This document shows, piece after piece, positions 52,993 through 61,281 of a DNA stretch of 61,281 nucleotides; the first letter of the stretch is position 1; every line of letters begins with the position of its first letter. The stretch is from Candidatus Bipolaricaulota bacterium (GTDB lineage: Bacteria; Bipolaricaulota; Bipolaricaulia; RBG-16-55-9; DRXL01), in NCBI GenBank assembly GCA_030550495.1, contig JAUQPG010000003.1:1-61281 (forward strand), given 5' to 3'. Made by a program: the position numbers and the translations under genes. Below the pieces are notes generated by a model, which saw only the letters and a program-made list of their open reading frames with translations, was not told the origin of the DNA and ran no database searches.

Positions 52993-54030
52993 ATGCGCAA
53001 GAAGATTCTTGCTGTCAGTTTGGTGATTCTATTGGTGCTGCCATTGCTCTCTAGCAGCCAGGGGCAACCGGCGACCACGCTAGGGAAGGTGCAAGCTCGC
53101 GGCAAGCTCATCTGCGGCGTCAACAACGCTGTACCGGGCTTCGGCTTCGTCGACCCACAGGGAAACTATAGCGGCTTCGACATAGATTACTGCAAAGCCC
53201 TCGCCACAGCGATCTTCAATGATCCAAACAAAGTCGAATACCGGCCGGTGACGGCGGCTTCTCGATTCCCCGCACTGCAATCGGGCGAGATTGACGTGCT
53301 CATCCGCAATACGACGTGGACGATCGACCGCGACGTGGGCTTGCCCTTCAATTTTGCGCCCACGACGTTCTACGACGGCCAGGGCTTCATGGTGCGAAAG
53401 ACGTCGCGCATCAACACGCTCAAAGACCTCAACGGCGCCACAATCTGCGTGCTGCAAGGCACGACGACCGAGCAGAACTTAGCCGATATGGCGCGGCGCT
53501 TGGGAATCACCATCAAGCCCTTGGTCTTCAGCGACGTCAACGCCCGCGACAAAGCTTACGATGAAGGGCGCTGCGACGCCATGACCGCTGACGCATCAGG
53601 GTTGGCCGCCGCGCGCATTAAGCTCTCCAAGCCCGATGACCATAAGATCCTCCCAGAGCTGATCTCGAAAGAGCCGTTAGGCCCTGTGGTGCGCCACGGC
53701 GACGACCAATGGTTCGATATCGTCAAGTGGACGGTCTTCTGCACCATGGAGGCCGAAGAGCTGGAGGTCTCGTCAAAGAACGTCGCGCAGTTGAAGACCA
53801 GCCAAGACCCGAGAATCCGACGGCTCTTGGGGCTTGAAGGCGACTTCGGCAAGAAGCTCGGCCTGGATAACGCCTGGTGTGCTAACGTCATCGAGAAGGT
53901 CGGCAACTACGGCGAGATCTATGATCGCAACGTCAAGCCGCTAGGCCTGGAGCGCATCGCTGACGGGAAGCCCTCTCCGAATGCTCTCTGGAATGATGGC
54001 GGCTTGATCTACGCGCCACCGTTCCGGTAA
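52993..54030 (+). CDS. aapJ: general L-amino-acid ABC transporter, substrate-binding protein
   Basis: The start is taken at MRKKILAVSLVILLVLPLLSS, with GGAGG upstream. SBP_bac_3 pattern and operon context with two long permeases. Confidence 0.8.
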   Translation: MRKKILAVSLVILLVLPLLSSSQGQPATTLGKVQARGKLICGVNNAVPGFGFVDPQGNYSGFDIDYCKALATAIFNDPNKVEYRPVTAASRFPALQSGEIDVLIRNTTWTIDRDVGLPFNFAPTTFYDGQGFMVRKTSRINTLKDLNGATICVLQGTTTEQNLADMARRLGITIKPLVFSDVNARDKAYDEGRCDAMTADASGLAAARIKLSKPDDHKILPELISKEPLGPVVRHGDDQWFDIVKWTVFCTMEAEELEVSSKNVAQLKTSQDPRIRRLLGLEGDFGKKLGLDNAWCANVIEKVGNYGEIYDRNVKPLGLERIADGKPSPNALWNDGGLIYAPPFR

Positions 54031-54041
54031 AAGCTTCTCGT

Positions 54042-54100
54042 CCCCTCACCCCAAACTCCCCTCTCCTTTGTGAGGGAGAGGGGATAAGGGTAAGGGGGGG
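54042..54100. repeat. REP-like nested palindrome, copy C
   Basis: A perfect inner 10-bp stem pairs TCCCCTCTCC with GGAGAGGGGA. An outer stem pairs 54042..54051 with 54088..54097 and has one mismatch. It ends in a G8 run that doubles as the aapQ ribosome-binding region. Confidence 0.7.
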
Positions 54101-54105
54101 GTTCT

Positions 54106-55275
54106 ATGAGCACCGTCTTTGCTCGCATCCCGCTCTGGCGAGACGTGCGCGTCCTGCGCATCGGTGCCCAGGTGCTCTTCGTCCTCTTCATCGTTCTCAT
54201 AGCGAACTGGTTCTACACGAATTTACAGATCAACCTGGAGCGCACAGGGATTCGCTTCGGCTTTGATTTTCTTTGGACGACCGCGGGCTTTGGCATCTCG
54301 GAGGGACTACCCTTCGAGCCGACCGATAGCTACGGCTACGCATTCTGGGTGGGGATCGTCAACACTCTACGAGTGATCGGGCTTGGGATTCTCCTAGCGA
54401 CCCTGTTAGGGCTTATTGCTGGGATTGCTCGATTGTCCAGCAACTGGCTGGTGCGCCAGATCGCTAGTGTATATATTGAGACGATCCGCAATACCCCCTT
54501 GGTCGTCCAACTCTTTTTTTGGTACACGGCCATCTTCCTCAAACTTCCCAGAGTAGACGAGAGTATTGTGCTGCCCGGACCGATCTATCTCAGCCAGCGA
54601 GGCTTAGCTCTCCCAAAGCCATACGCGACCGAAACGTTTTCCCTATGGGGCTATGGGCTCTTAGTGAGTTTGCTCGTGGCCCTTGCGGTGTACGTAGGGC
54701 GCCGTATATATCTGGAGCGGGCGCAGCGGCCTGGGTTTGCGGGGCTGTGGGCTTTTGGGGTCTTCGTGCTGGGTGCTTTTGTGGGTTGGCTTGTGCTCCC
54801 TGGCGCGCCCATCGCCTGGGAGATGCCGACGCTGGGGCGATTTAACCTTGAGGGAGGGTGGCAGCTCAGCCCGGAGTTCGCTGCGTTGCTTGCCGGGCTG
54901 GTCGTCTACACCGGGGCGTTCATCGCTGAGATCGTGCGCGGGGGGATCTTAGCTGTGCCCAAGGGCCAGACTGAAGCTGCCCGTGCTTTGGGGCTAAGAC
55001 CCCTTCAAGTGCTACGGCTCGTGGTCATTCCCCAGGCCCTGCGTGTCATCGTCCCACCGCTTACCAGTCAGTATCTCAATCTCGCAAAGAATTCGAGTCT
55101 GGCTGTAGCTATCGGTTATCCTGATCTCTTCAACGTCGCCAATACGATCATTAACCAGAGCGGGCGTGCGATCGAAATGGTCTTGTTAATCATGATCAGC
55201 TATCTAACGATGAGTTTGCTGACCTCGGCGTTCATGAACTGGTACAATCGTCGCGTCAGATTGATAGAACGTTGA
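54106..55275 (+). CDS. aapQ: amino-acid ABC transporter permease (long AapQ/BztB type)
   Basis: N-terminal extension plus a BPD_transp_1 core with EAARALGL. Confidence 0.85.
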   Translation: MSTVFARIPLWRDVRVLRIGAQVLFVLFIVLIANWFYTNLQINLERTGIRFGFDFLWTTAGFGISEGLPFEPTDSYGYAFWVGIVNTLRVIGLGILLATLLGLIAGIARLSSNWLVRQIASVYIETIRNTPLVVQLFFWYTAIFLKLPRVDESIVLPGPIYLSQRGLALPKPYATETFSLWGYGLLVSLLVALAVYVGRRIYLERAQRPGFAGLWAFGVFVLGAFVGWLVLPGAPIAWEMPTLGRFNLEGGWQLSPEFAALLAGLVVYTGAFIAEIVRGGILAVPKGQTEAARALGLRPLQVLRLVVIPQALRVIVPPLTSQYLNLAKNSSLAVAIGYPDLFNVANTIINQSGRAIEMVLLIMISYLTMSLLTSAFMNWYNRRVRLIER

Positions 55276-55279
55276 GACT

Positions 55280-56509
55280 ATGCGTCTTATCTTTCGATGG
55301 CTTCGAGAGAATCTCTTTAGCACGTGGTACAACACGCTGCTGACAGTGCTGGTGATCTGGTTTTTGTGGGTGGCGTTCAGCGGGCTGTTTCAGTGGGCGG
55401 TGAGAGATGCCGTTTGGTCTGGCGGGGCGGCGGCGTGCCAGCAGGCGCGGCAGCTCGCGCAAGCTGAAGGTCGTTCTTGGGGGGCGTGCTGGACGGTTAT
55501 TCCCGAAAATTTAAAGCTCTTTCTAGCGGGAACGTATCCTGCGGGGGAGCTGTGGCGTATCTGGGTCTGCGTGTATATAAGCGCTGCTATGCTAGGGCTA
55601 AGCGCCGGGGTATGGCGCGGCTTGGTGCGCGATGTCGTTGTAGCCCTTGGAGCTGCTGCGCTAGTCTTGCTTGTCTTGCCGTTCAGTTGGACGGAGCGCT
55701 TATGGATGTTTGGGATTGTGCTTGCGCTCGTGGTGCCGCTGGGGTTGAGGTGGGTGGCGCGCTCACGCATCCCTAGGGTTCGCTGGATTCTTGGGGGAGG
55801 GTGGCTGGCTTTGCCTATACTGGTCGTCTGGTTGATCGGCGGAGGAGGCCCTCTCCCAAAAGTCGAGTCCACTCAATGGGGCGGCTTGATGCTGACGGTG
55901 CTGCTAGCGGTCATCGGGATTGTTGCGTCATTTCCCTTGGGAGTGCTGCTGGCGCTGGGGCGCCAGAGCACATTGCCCATCGTGCGCTGGTTCAGTATTC
56001 TCTATATTGAGATCGTGCGTGGCGTGCCGCTGATCACGGTGATCTTTATGGCGAGTCTTATGCTCCCGCTCTTCCTGCCAGGTCATCTCAGAATAGACCA
56101 AGCCTTGCGCGCGATGATTGCGTTCACACTCTTTACGGCAGCGTACATTGCTGAGAACGTGCGCGGGGGGTTACAGTCTATCTCGCGCGGCCAGATCGAA
56201 GCCGCGCAAGCTCTGGGGCTGAGCCATTGGCTCACGACGCTCTTTATCGTACTGCCTCAGGCATTGCGCGCAGTCATTCCTGCCAACGTCGGCCAGTTCA
56301 TCAGCCTCTTTAAAGATACTTCTCTAGTCTTCGTCGCCGCGCTGCTCGATCTCTTTAACATAGGGCGCAGCATTCTCGCAAATCCGCAATGGCTTGGTAC
56401 CGACCGTGAAGTCCTACTCTTTGTGGCGTTCGTCTACTGGGTCTTCACCTACGCGATGGCGCACCTAAGCCGGAGGCTCGAAACGATTTTAGGCGTGGGA
56501 GAACGATAA
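55280..56509 (+). CDS. aapM: amino-acid ABC transporter permease (long AapM/BztC type)
   Basis: N-terminal extension plus a BPD_transp_1 core with EAAQALGLS. Confidence 0.85.
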   Translation: MRLIFRWLRENLFSTWYNTLLTVLVIWFLWVAFSGLFQWAVRDAVWSGGAAACQQARQLAQAEGRSWGACWTVIPENLKLFLAGTYPAGELWRIWVCVYISAAMLGLSAGVWRGLVRDVVVALGAAALVLLVLPFSWTERLWMFGIVLALVVPLGLRWVARSRIPRVRWILGGGWLALPILVVWLIGGGGPLPKVESTQWGGLMLTVLLAVIGIVASFPLGVLLALGRQSTLPIVRWFSILYIEIVRGVPLITVIFMASLMLPLFLPGHLRIDQALRAMIAFTLFTAAYIAENVRGGLQSISRGQIEAAQALGLSHWLTTLFIVLPQALRAVIPANVGQFISLFKDTSLVFVAALLDLFNIGRSILANPQWLGTDREVLLFVAFVYWVFTYAMAHLSRRLETILGVGER

Positions 56510-57249
56510 TGAGTGAAGAGATTATTATCTGTCGGGATGTGCACAAATGGTTCGGGGACTTTCACGTCTTACGCGGCGTGACCACAACGGTACGCAAGGG
56601 CGAAGTCGTGGTCATCTGCGGGCCATCGGGGTCGGGGAAGTCTACGTTCATTCGTACGCTCAATCGTCTCGAGGAGCACCAGCGCGGGCAGATCATCATT
56701 GATGGGATCGAACTCACTCACGACATCAAAAACATTGAAGCGATCCGGCGCGAGATCGGCATGGTCTTCCAGTCGTTCAATCTCTTCCCCCATCTGACGG
56801 TCTTACAGAACGTGACGCTAGCGCCGATCTGGGTGCGCAAGATGAAGCGTTCCGAAGCTGAAGATTTAGCGATGCAGCTTCTGGCACGAGTGGGGATTGC
56901 CGAGCAAGCGCACAAATACCCGGCGCAGCTTTCCGGAGGACAGCAGCAGAGAGTTGCGATTGCGCGAGCGTTAGCAATGCAGCCGAAGATCATGCTCTTT
57001 GACGAGCCGACCAGCGCCCTCGACCCGGAGATGATCAAAGAAGTTCTGGATGTGATGCGAGAGCTGGCGCGCTCCGGGATGACAATGATTGTGATCACCC
57101 ACGAGATGGGGTTTGCCCGCGAGGTTGCGGACCGTATTATCTTCTTCGATCAGGGGCGCATTGTTGAAGAGAATACTCCTGATGAGTTCTTCAAAAATCC
57201 ACAACACGAGCGCACCAAGCTCTTCTTGTCACAGATCTTGCACCATTAA
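56509..57249 (+). CDS. aapP: amino-acid ABC transporter ATP-binding protein
   Basis: Walker [10 protein letters not shown], signature [15 protein letters not shown], and Walker [12 protein letters not shown]. Confidence 0.93.
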   Translation: MSEEIIICRDVHKWFGDFHVLRGVTTTVRKGEVVVICGPSGSGKSTFIRTLNRLEEHQRGQIIIDGIELTHDIKNIEAIRREIGMVFQSFNLFPHLTVLQNVTLAPIWVRKMKRSEAEDLAMQLLARVGIAEQAHKYPAQLSGGQQQRVAIARALAMQPKIMLFDEPTSALDPEMIKEVLDVMRELARSGMTMIVITHEMGFAREVADRIIFFDQGRIVEENTPDEFFKNPQHERTKLFLSQILHH

Positions 57250-57277
57250 GCTCCTGTCTCCCCTTCACGCGTCAGCG

Positions 57278-60200
57278 TCACTTGCACTGGATCTGTGGCC
57301 CCGTGCCCACGATGTTTGGGTTATTGCCCGATACTGTCGTCCCGATGCACGTCACCACGGAAGCTAGGTCTGCCATGATCCCCGCAGCTTTGTTGTTTTG
57401 CACCCGGCTATTGACTAAGACCGCTGTGGAGAGACTGAGCGCGAGCCCGTCTTTCGCGTTCTCCGAGATCGTCCCGTTGAAGACGCTGATCGCAGAGCGA
57501 TTGCTGGCGTCGATGCCGCGTGCGCCGTTCTGTGTGATCTGGGCGTCACGCACGCTGAGCGTCGAGAGCACAAGCTGAATCCCCTCGGCGACGTTGCTCG
57601 TGACGCTCGCTCCGACGATCGCGACCGTCGCGCGCTCCTGAGCGCCTATGCCGCGCCCTTTGTTCCCCTGCACCAAGCCGCCACGAACCACCAGCGAGCC
57701 TTGCACAAGCACAATCCCATCATTACTGTTATTGACGACCCTCGTGTCCACAAGCGCCAGCGTCGACCGATCAGCAGCGTCGATACCCTTAAGCTTATTG
57801 TTTGATATCTCACTAGCAACAGCGTCACCAGAAGAGTTCCGCAGCTTTAAGCCATCTGCGCCATTCTTGGTCAGGACCGAGCCAAAGAGCGCCACCGTCG
57901 ACGTCTGGGCATTGATTCCCTCACCGCCGTTGTCGCTCATCCGACACTCGCTCAGACTGCTGGAGCTTGTGTCTAGGCGAACCCCGTCGCTTGAGTGATT
58001 GACGAAAGTCGTCTTAGTTGCGGTGAGCACCGAGTCTTTGAGATCAGCGCCGCGAATCCCATTAGAGCTCACTTCGCTCTCGGTGAGATCGGCTGCCGAG
58101 AGATTCAGTAACAAACCGTTCTGGCCGTTCTTGGTTACCGTCGTCGTCGAGATCGCCATAGACGAAGAGTCCCCAGAGATGCCGTCGCCCTTGTTCTCCG
58201 AGACGAGACTCTTATTGCGCAAGTCCATCGCGCTGTTCTTGAGTTCAATGCCATCTTCGGGATGGCCAGAGACTTGAGTGCTTGAGATATTGAGCCCTGA
58301 CTTTTCAGCATAAATGCCGCGCTTGCCGTTGTTGAGCACTTTGCTGTCACTGATGACCCCCGAAGAATTTTGAAAATTCAAGCCATCGTCGCCATTGGTC
58401 GCGACGGTGCTTGCGCCCATGGTAAGCGTCGAGTTAGTTGCTGCCAGGCCGCGCTTCTTGTTATCTAAGATGCGGCTATTTTGGATCTCCGCACTCGAAT
58501 CGATCTGGGTGATCCCATCGTCGGGATGGTTCTGCACCAAGCTATTTGCCATGGTGAGCGTTGACTTCTCGATCTCGTGAATCCCTTTGGCGCCGTTGTC
58601 AGTGATTTGGCTATCGCTGATACTCGCGGAAGAGTTCTTCATCTCGATGCCGTGACTGCCGTTGCTCGCGACTTTTGTGCTGGCCATGGTGAGCTTGGAG
58701 TTCTCCATGCCGACACCGCGCTGCCTATTGTTTCGAATCTCGCTCTGTCGCACGTCAGCTGCGCTGTTTTGTATGAAAATTCCATCGTCGGGATGATTCT
58801 GAACCAGGCTAGCTGTCATCGTCACCGTAGACTGCTCGATCTCGTTGATTCCTTTCGCAGATTTGTCTATCGTCCCGTTGTCAGTGATGCGACTGTTAGT
58901 AATAACGGCTGTCGAAGACGCTTTCATGTCAATCCCATGACTACCATTGCTAAGGACACGGCTTCCTGTCAGAGTCAACGTGCTGCCTTCGAGCGCGATG
59001 CCGCGCTTGCTATTATTTTTGATCTCGCTCTGCGAGACCGTCGCTGTGCTGTTCTGGACAAACAGCCCATCGTCGGGATGTCCAGAGACCACCGAAGCGT
59101 CCGTCAGCAAAAGCGTGGATTTTTCTAGCTCGTTGATGCCCTTGGCGCCGTTGTCGCTGATCTGGCTGGACGCGATCTCAGCCGTCGAAGCCGCGCGCAG
59201 CTCGATCCCATGGCTCTTGTTGCTGAGCACTTTGCCATTTGTCATCGTGAGCTTAGCGCTCTCGAGGCCGACGCCACGCTTATTATTATTCTTGATCTCG
59301 CTCTGGCGCACCTCAGCGGAGCTGTTCTGCACAAAGAGCCCGTCATCTGGATGTCCAGAGACAACAGAGTTATTGCTCAGCTTCAGGGTTGATTTTTCAA
59401 GAGCGTTGACGCCCTTGGCCCCGTTGTCGCTGATGACAGTTGCTGAGAGATCCGCTTGCGATTGGGTCATGGTCAAACCATAGCCGGGATGCTTCGCTAT
59501 GGTGCTTTGCGTCATGGTAAGCGTCGACGCCTGGAGAGCGACGCCATCGCCCTGATTGTCGCGGATCTCCGTACGCGTCACCGTCACCGCTGCGCCCTTG
59601 GAGAAGAGCATCCCGCCCTTAGGATGGCCGGTAACTAAGCTCGCTTCGATCTGCAGCGTCCCGCCTTCGGCGCTGATACCTACGCCCTTGTTATTGGCGA
59701 TTTGAGTCTCCTCGATCTCCCCCCGCGCTTGATTGGTGAAGAGAACGCCGGTGCCGCCGTTATTCGCGACGACTGTCTTCTTTATAGTGAGCTGCCCTCG
59801 GTCTATGCCAATCCCCATCCCGCCGTTCTCTGTAATCTTGAGATTCTCGACCTGAACCGAGCCGCTGAAGATCATGATCCCATCAGCGCTGTTCTTTGTG
59901 ATGACGAGATCCTTGAGCACAATATCTGTGCTTCCGTTGATCTCGATACCGCGCGCCCCGCCGATAAGCGTGATCCCCATGTGCACCGTCCACTTACGCG
60001 CGTTCCGGAACGATAAGACATTCTGGGTGCTTTGTGCCGCCTTGATCGTCACGGTGCCGGGCTGCTCTGGCTGGATTATGACACGATCCCTATTTTGTAC
60101 AACGACGTTCTCTTCATAGACGCCGGGCAATATCACAATCACGTCGCCCTCGTTCGAGAGCGAAACAGCTTGCTGAATGGTCGAGCAGAACGTTGGGACA

Positions 60201-60295
60201 ATTTTGGGATTGGCTGTGCGGCACGTCTCCTGCTGCGCGACAGCAGACAAAGAAAGAACAGTCAGCCCGAGCACTGCTAGAAACACTTTCTTCAT
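57278..60295 (-). CDS. large secreted parallel beta-helix repeat protein built from roughly 90-aa super-repeats
   Basis: Signal peptide MKKVFLAVLGLTVLSLSAVAQ, with AAGGAGG upstream. N-terminal cap TIQQAVSLSNEGDVIVILPGVYEEN. This is followed by about 40 coils of the N-x-G-x-G-I type, organised in eight or more super-repeats. Confidence 0.88.
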   Translation of the reverse strand: MKKVFLAVLGLTVLSLSAVAQQETCRTANPKIVPTFCSTIQQAVSLSNEGDVIVILPGVYEENVVVQNRDRVIIQPEQPGTVTIKAAQSTQNVLSFRNARKWTVHMGITLIGGARGIEINGSTDIVLKDLVITKNSADGIMIFSGSVQVENLKITENGGMGIGIDRGQLTIKKTVVANNGGTGVLFTNQARGEIEETQIANNKGVGISAEGGTLQIEASLVTGHPKGGMLFSKGAAVTVTRTEIRDNQGDGVALQASTLTMTQSTIAKHPGYGLTMTQSQADLSATVISDNGAKGVNALEKSTLKLSNNSVVSGHPDDGLFVQNSSAEVRQSEIKNNNKRGVGLESAKLTMTNGKVLSNKSHGIELRAASTAEIASSQISDNGAKGINELEKSTLLLTDASVVSGHPDDGLFVQNSTATVSQSEIKNNSKRGIALEGSTLTLTGSRVLSNGSHGIDMKASSTAVITNSRITDNGTIDKSAKGINEIEQSTVTMTASLVQNHPDDGIFIQNSAADVRQSEIRNNRQRGVGMENSKLTMASTKVASNGSHGIEMKNSSASISDSQITDNGAKGIHEIEKSTLTMANSLVQNHPDDGITQIDSSAEIQNSRILDNKKRGLAATNSTLTMGASTVATNGDDGLNFQNSSGVISDSKVLNNGKRGIYAEKSGLNISSTQVSGHPEDGIELKNSAMDLRNKSLVSENKGDGISGDSSSMAISTTTVTKNGQNGLLLNLSAADLTESEVSSNGIRGADLKDSVLTATKTTFVNHSSDGVRLDTSSSSLSECRMSDNGGEGINAQTSTVALFGSVLTKNGADGLKLRNSSGDAVASEISNNKLKGIDAADRSTLALVDTRVVNNSNDGIVLVQGSLVVRGGLVQGNKGRGIGAQERATVAIVGASVTSNVAEGIQLVLSTLSVRDAQITQNGARGIDASNRSAISVFNGTISENAKDGLALSLSTAVLVNSRVQNNKAAGIMADLASVVTCIGTTVSGNNPNIVGTGPQIQCK
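58340..59434. repeat. tandem coding repeats, four units of about 267 to 282 bp
   Basis: Units start at residues 288, 379, 470 and 564 (ISDNGAKG / ITDNG...). Units 1 and 2 are identical at 63 of 91 residues by my count. Antisense track ORFs in this span repeat themselves, showing similarity at the DNA level. Confidence 0.85.
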
Positions 60296-60328
60296 GATCT
60301 CCTCCTTGGCTCTTTTCTTCAGCCAACT

Positions 60329-60358
60329 ATACTACTTTGGGGATTACGACGCCGTCAA
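60329..60358 (-). promoter_or_regulatory. possible promoter for the large beta-helix gene
   Basis: On the minus strand: TTGACG (60358..60353), 18-bp spacer, TAGTAT (60334..60329), then a leader with AAGGAGG. Confidence 0.3.
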
Positions 60359-60359
60359 G

Positions 60360-60389
60360 TTGCAGAGCCTTCGCGTACTCGAGTATGCT
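60360..60389 (+). promoter_or_regulatory. possible promoter for nth (leaderless geometry)
   Basis: TTGCAG (60360..60365), 18-bp spacer, TATGCT (60384..60389), 7 nt before the ATG at 60397. Confidence 0.35.
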
Positions 60390-60396
60390 AGAAGCT

Positions 60397-61104
60397 ATGA
60401 CCGCGCGCGAAAAAATCTTGCAGATCGCCCAACGCCTCGAAAAGCACTTTGGGAAACTGAGATGGCTCAGCCACGGCGACCCCCTCGATGTTCTCATTTT
60501 GACGATCCTCTCCCAAAACACCAACGATCAGAACCGAGATCGCGCCTACGAGTCTCTGAAGAGAAGATTCCCAACATATGAGAGCATCGTGCGCGCGCCC
60601 ACCGAAAAAGTCGCTGAAGCGATCAAGGTCGGCGGGCTGCACCAGCAGAAAGCCAAGCGTATCCAAGAGATTTTAAAGCGCCTCAAACAAGAGCGCGGCG
60701 CTTACGACCTCAGCTATCTGAAGGACTTGAGCACCGACGAAGCTGTGAAAGAACTCTTGAAATTTCATGGCGTGGGGAAGAAGACCGCCGGCGTCGTGCT
60801 CACGTTCAGTCTCAATAAGCCGTACTTTCCCGTAGATACCCACATTCACCGAATCACTCAAAGACTTGGGCTTGTGCAGAAGAACCAAGACCCGCACGAT
60901 ATCATGAACGCACTTGTCCCGGACAGACTGAAATATCAGCTGCACCTACACTTAATATGGCACGGGCGGCAGACGTGCAAAGCTCGAAAGCCCCTGTGCG
61001 ACCAGTGCGTTATCGCTGATCTGTGCCCCTATCCGAAGGCCCTCACCCCCGACCCCTCTCCCGTAGCTCACCTACGGGAGAAGGGTGCCCGTAGGGCGGG
61101 GTGA
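60397..61104 (+). CDS. nth: endonuclease III
   Basis: LILTILSQNTNDQN, HhH-GPD FHGVGKKTAGVVL, PVDTHIHR, and the 4Fe-4S loop CKARKPLCDQCVIADLC. The last 21 or so codons are encoded by REP copy D. Confidence 0.88.
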   Translation: MTAREKILQIAQRLEKHFGKLRWLSHGDPLDVLILTILSQNTNDQNRDRAYESLKRRFPTYESIVRAPTEKVAEAIKVGGLHQQKAKRIQEILKRLKQERGAYDLSYLKDLSTDEAVKELLKFHGVGKKTAGVVLTFSLNKPYFPVDTHIHRITQRLGLVQKNQDPHDIMNALVPDRLKYQLHLHLIWHGRQTCKARKPLCDQCVIADLCPYPKALTPDPSPVAHLREKGARRAG

Positions 61105-61109
61105 GGGCC
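61038..61109. repeat. REP-like nested palindrome, copy D
   Basis: Sequence: GGCCCTCACCCCCGACCCCTCTCCCGTAGCTCACCTACGGGAGAAGGGTGCCCGTAGGGCGGGGTGAGGGCC. It has a 12-bp outer stem, an inner stem with one mismatch and a small third hairpin. It is closely similar to copy A. Confidence 0.85.
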
Positions 61110-61281
61110 GGTCATGCTCCTGACGCAACAACTGCAGCACTTCTTGAAAATCCTCTGGCAGCGGCGCTTCCACGAGCACTATTTGCCCTGTCGTCGGGTG
61201 AGCAAACTCTATCGCTGCCGCGTGCAGGAGCATCCGTGACACTCCAAGCTCGCGACGAAGCTTTTCGTTCAGCTCAGTATT
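61072..61281 (-). CDS. RluA-family pseudouridine synthase, C-terminal end only (runs off the window edge)
   Basis: My own minus-strand translation gives ...LGVSRMLLHAAAIEFAHPTTGQIVLVEAPLPEDFQEVLQLLRQEHDRPSPRPTGTLLP, ending at the TAG at 61074..61072. The LHA...F.HP.TG...PLP pattern is typical of the RluA/RluD C-terminus. Confidence 0.7.
   Translation of the reverse strand, partial: NTELNEKLRRELGVSRMLLHAAAIEFAHPTTGQIVLVEAPLPEDFQEVLQLLRQEHDRPSPRPTGTLLP

Noticed and set aside
57278-60295. The periodic repeats could be mistaken for a CRISPR array or a satellite.
   Set aside because: The period is about 270 bp and the units are diverged. They also lie in a single long open frame with a coherent beta-helix coil pattern. 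There are no short identical repeats with unique spacers.

Overview
This is a 61,281-bp, gene-dense bacterial chromosomal segment. I recognised no rRNA, tRNA, CRISPR array, transposase, integrase or phage structural gene. I call about 58 protein-coding genes, most on the minus strand and most housekeeping. They include a lipA-E1alpha-E1beta-E1beta-E3 2-oxoacid dehydrogenase block whose E2 gene sits about 11.7 kb away, and nfeD-stomatin. Also present are holB, hflX-murA-M23 peptidase-rho, a GT2 glycosyltransferase-rpiB-glyA operon, proC, a tryptophanase/tyrosine phenol-lyase family enzyme, def and proS. The rest are miaB-pfkB family-CBS-ispG, an acyl-CoA dehydrogenase, fmt, lepB, an MFS transporter, an AapJQMP-type amino-acid ABC transporter and two HhH-GPD glycosylases. 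Partial genes lie at both edges: an ABC exporter at the left and an RluA-family pseudouridine synthase at the right.

The most interesting accessory content falls into six groups.

(1) Five co-directional signal-peptide genes (2355..11521) lie between E3 and E2. They comprise a 1435-aa CSLREA/beta-helix/DUF11/beta-propeller protein and a two-domain glycosidase (GH114 plus a clan GH-A-like TIM barrel). The other three are a LamG lectin-like protein and two small beta-rich proteins. The glycosidase and the LamG protein share a paralogous 151-aa C-terminal module that looks to me like a phage tail-fibre or appendage intramolecular-chaperone/autocleavage domain.

(2) A family of nested-palindrome REP-like elements has four copies. 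One is inserted in frame in an S9 peptidase. One acts as an intrinsic terminator. One supplies the C-terminal tails of two convergent genes.

(3) A decaying hicB/hicA cassette lies next to the secreted-protein block.

(4) The best sigma70-type promoter in the window fires into a 450-bp gene-free gap that contains long-range helices, a candidate structured ncRNA.

(5) Promoter geometry recurs: a -10 hexamer sits 7 to 10 nt before the ATG with no Shine-Dalgarno, implying many leaderless mRNAs. Two long leaders carry 5-prime GAAAGGAGG elements.

(6) A 1005-aa beta-helix protein is built from roughly 90-aa super-repeats.

All family assignments come from reading the translations by eye. No searches were run.
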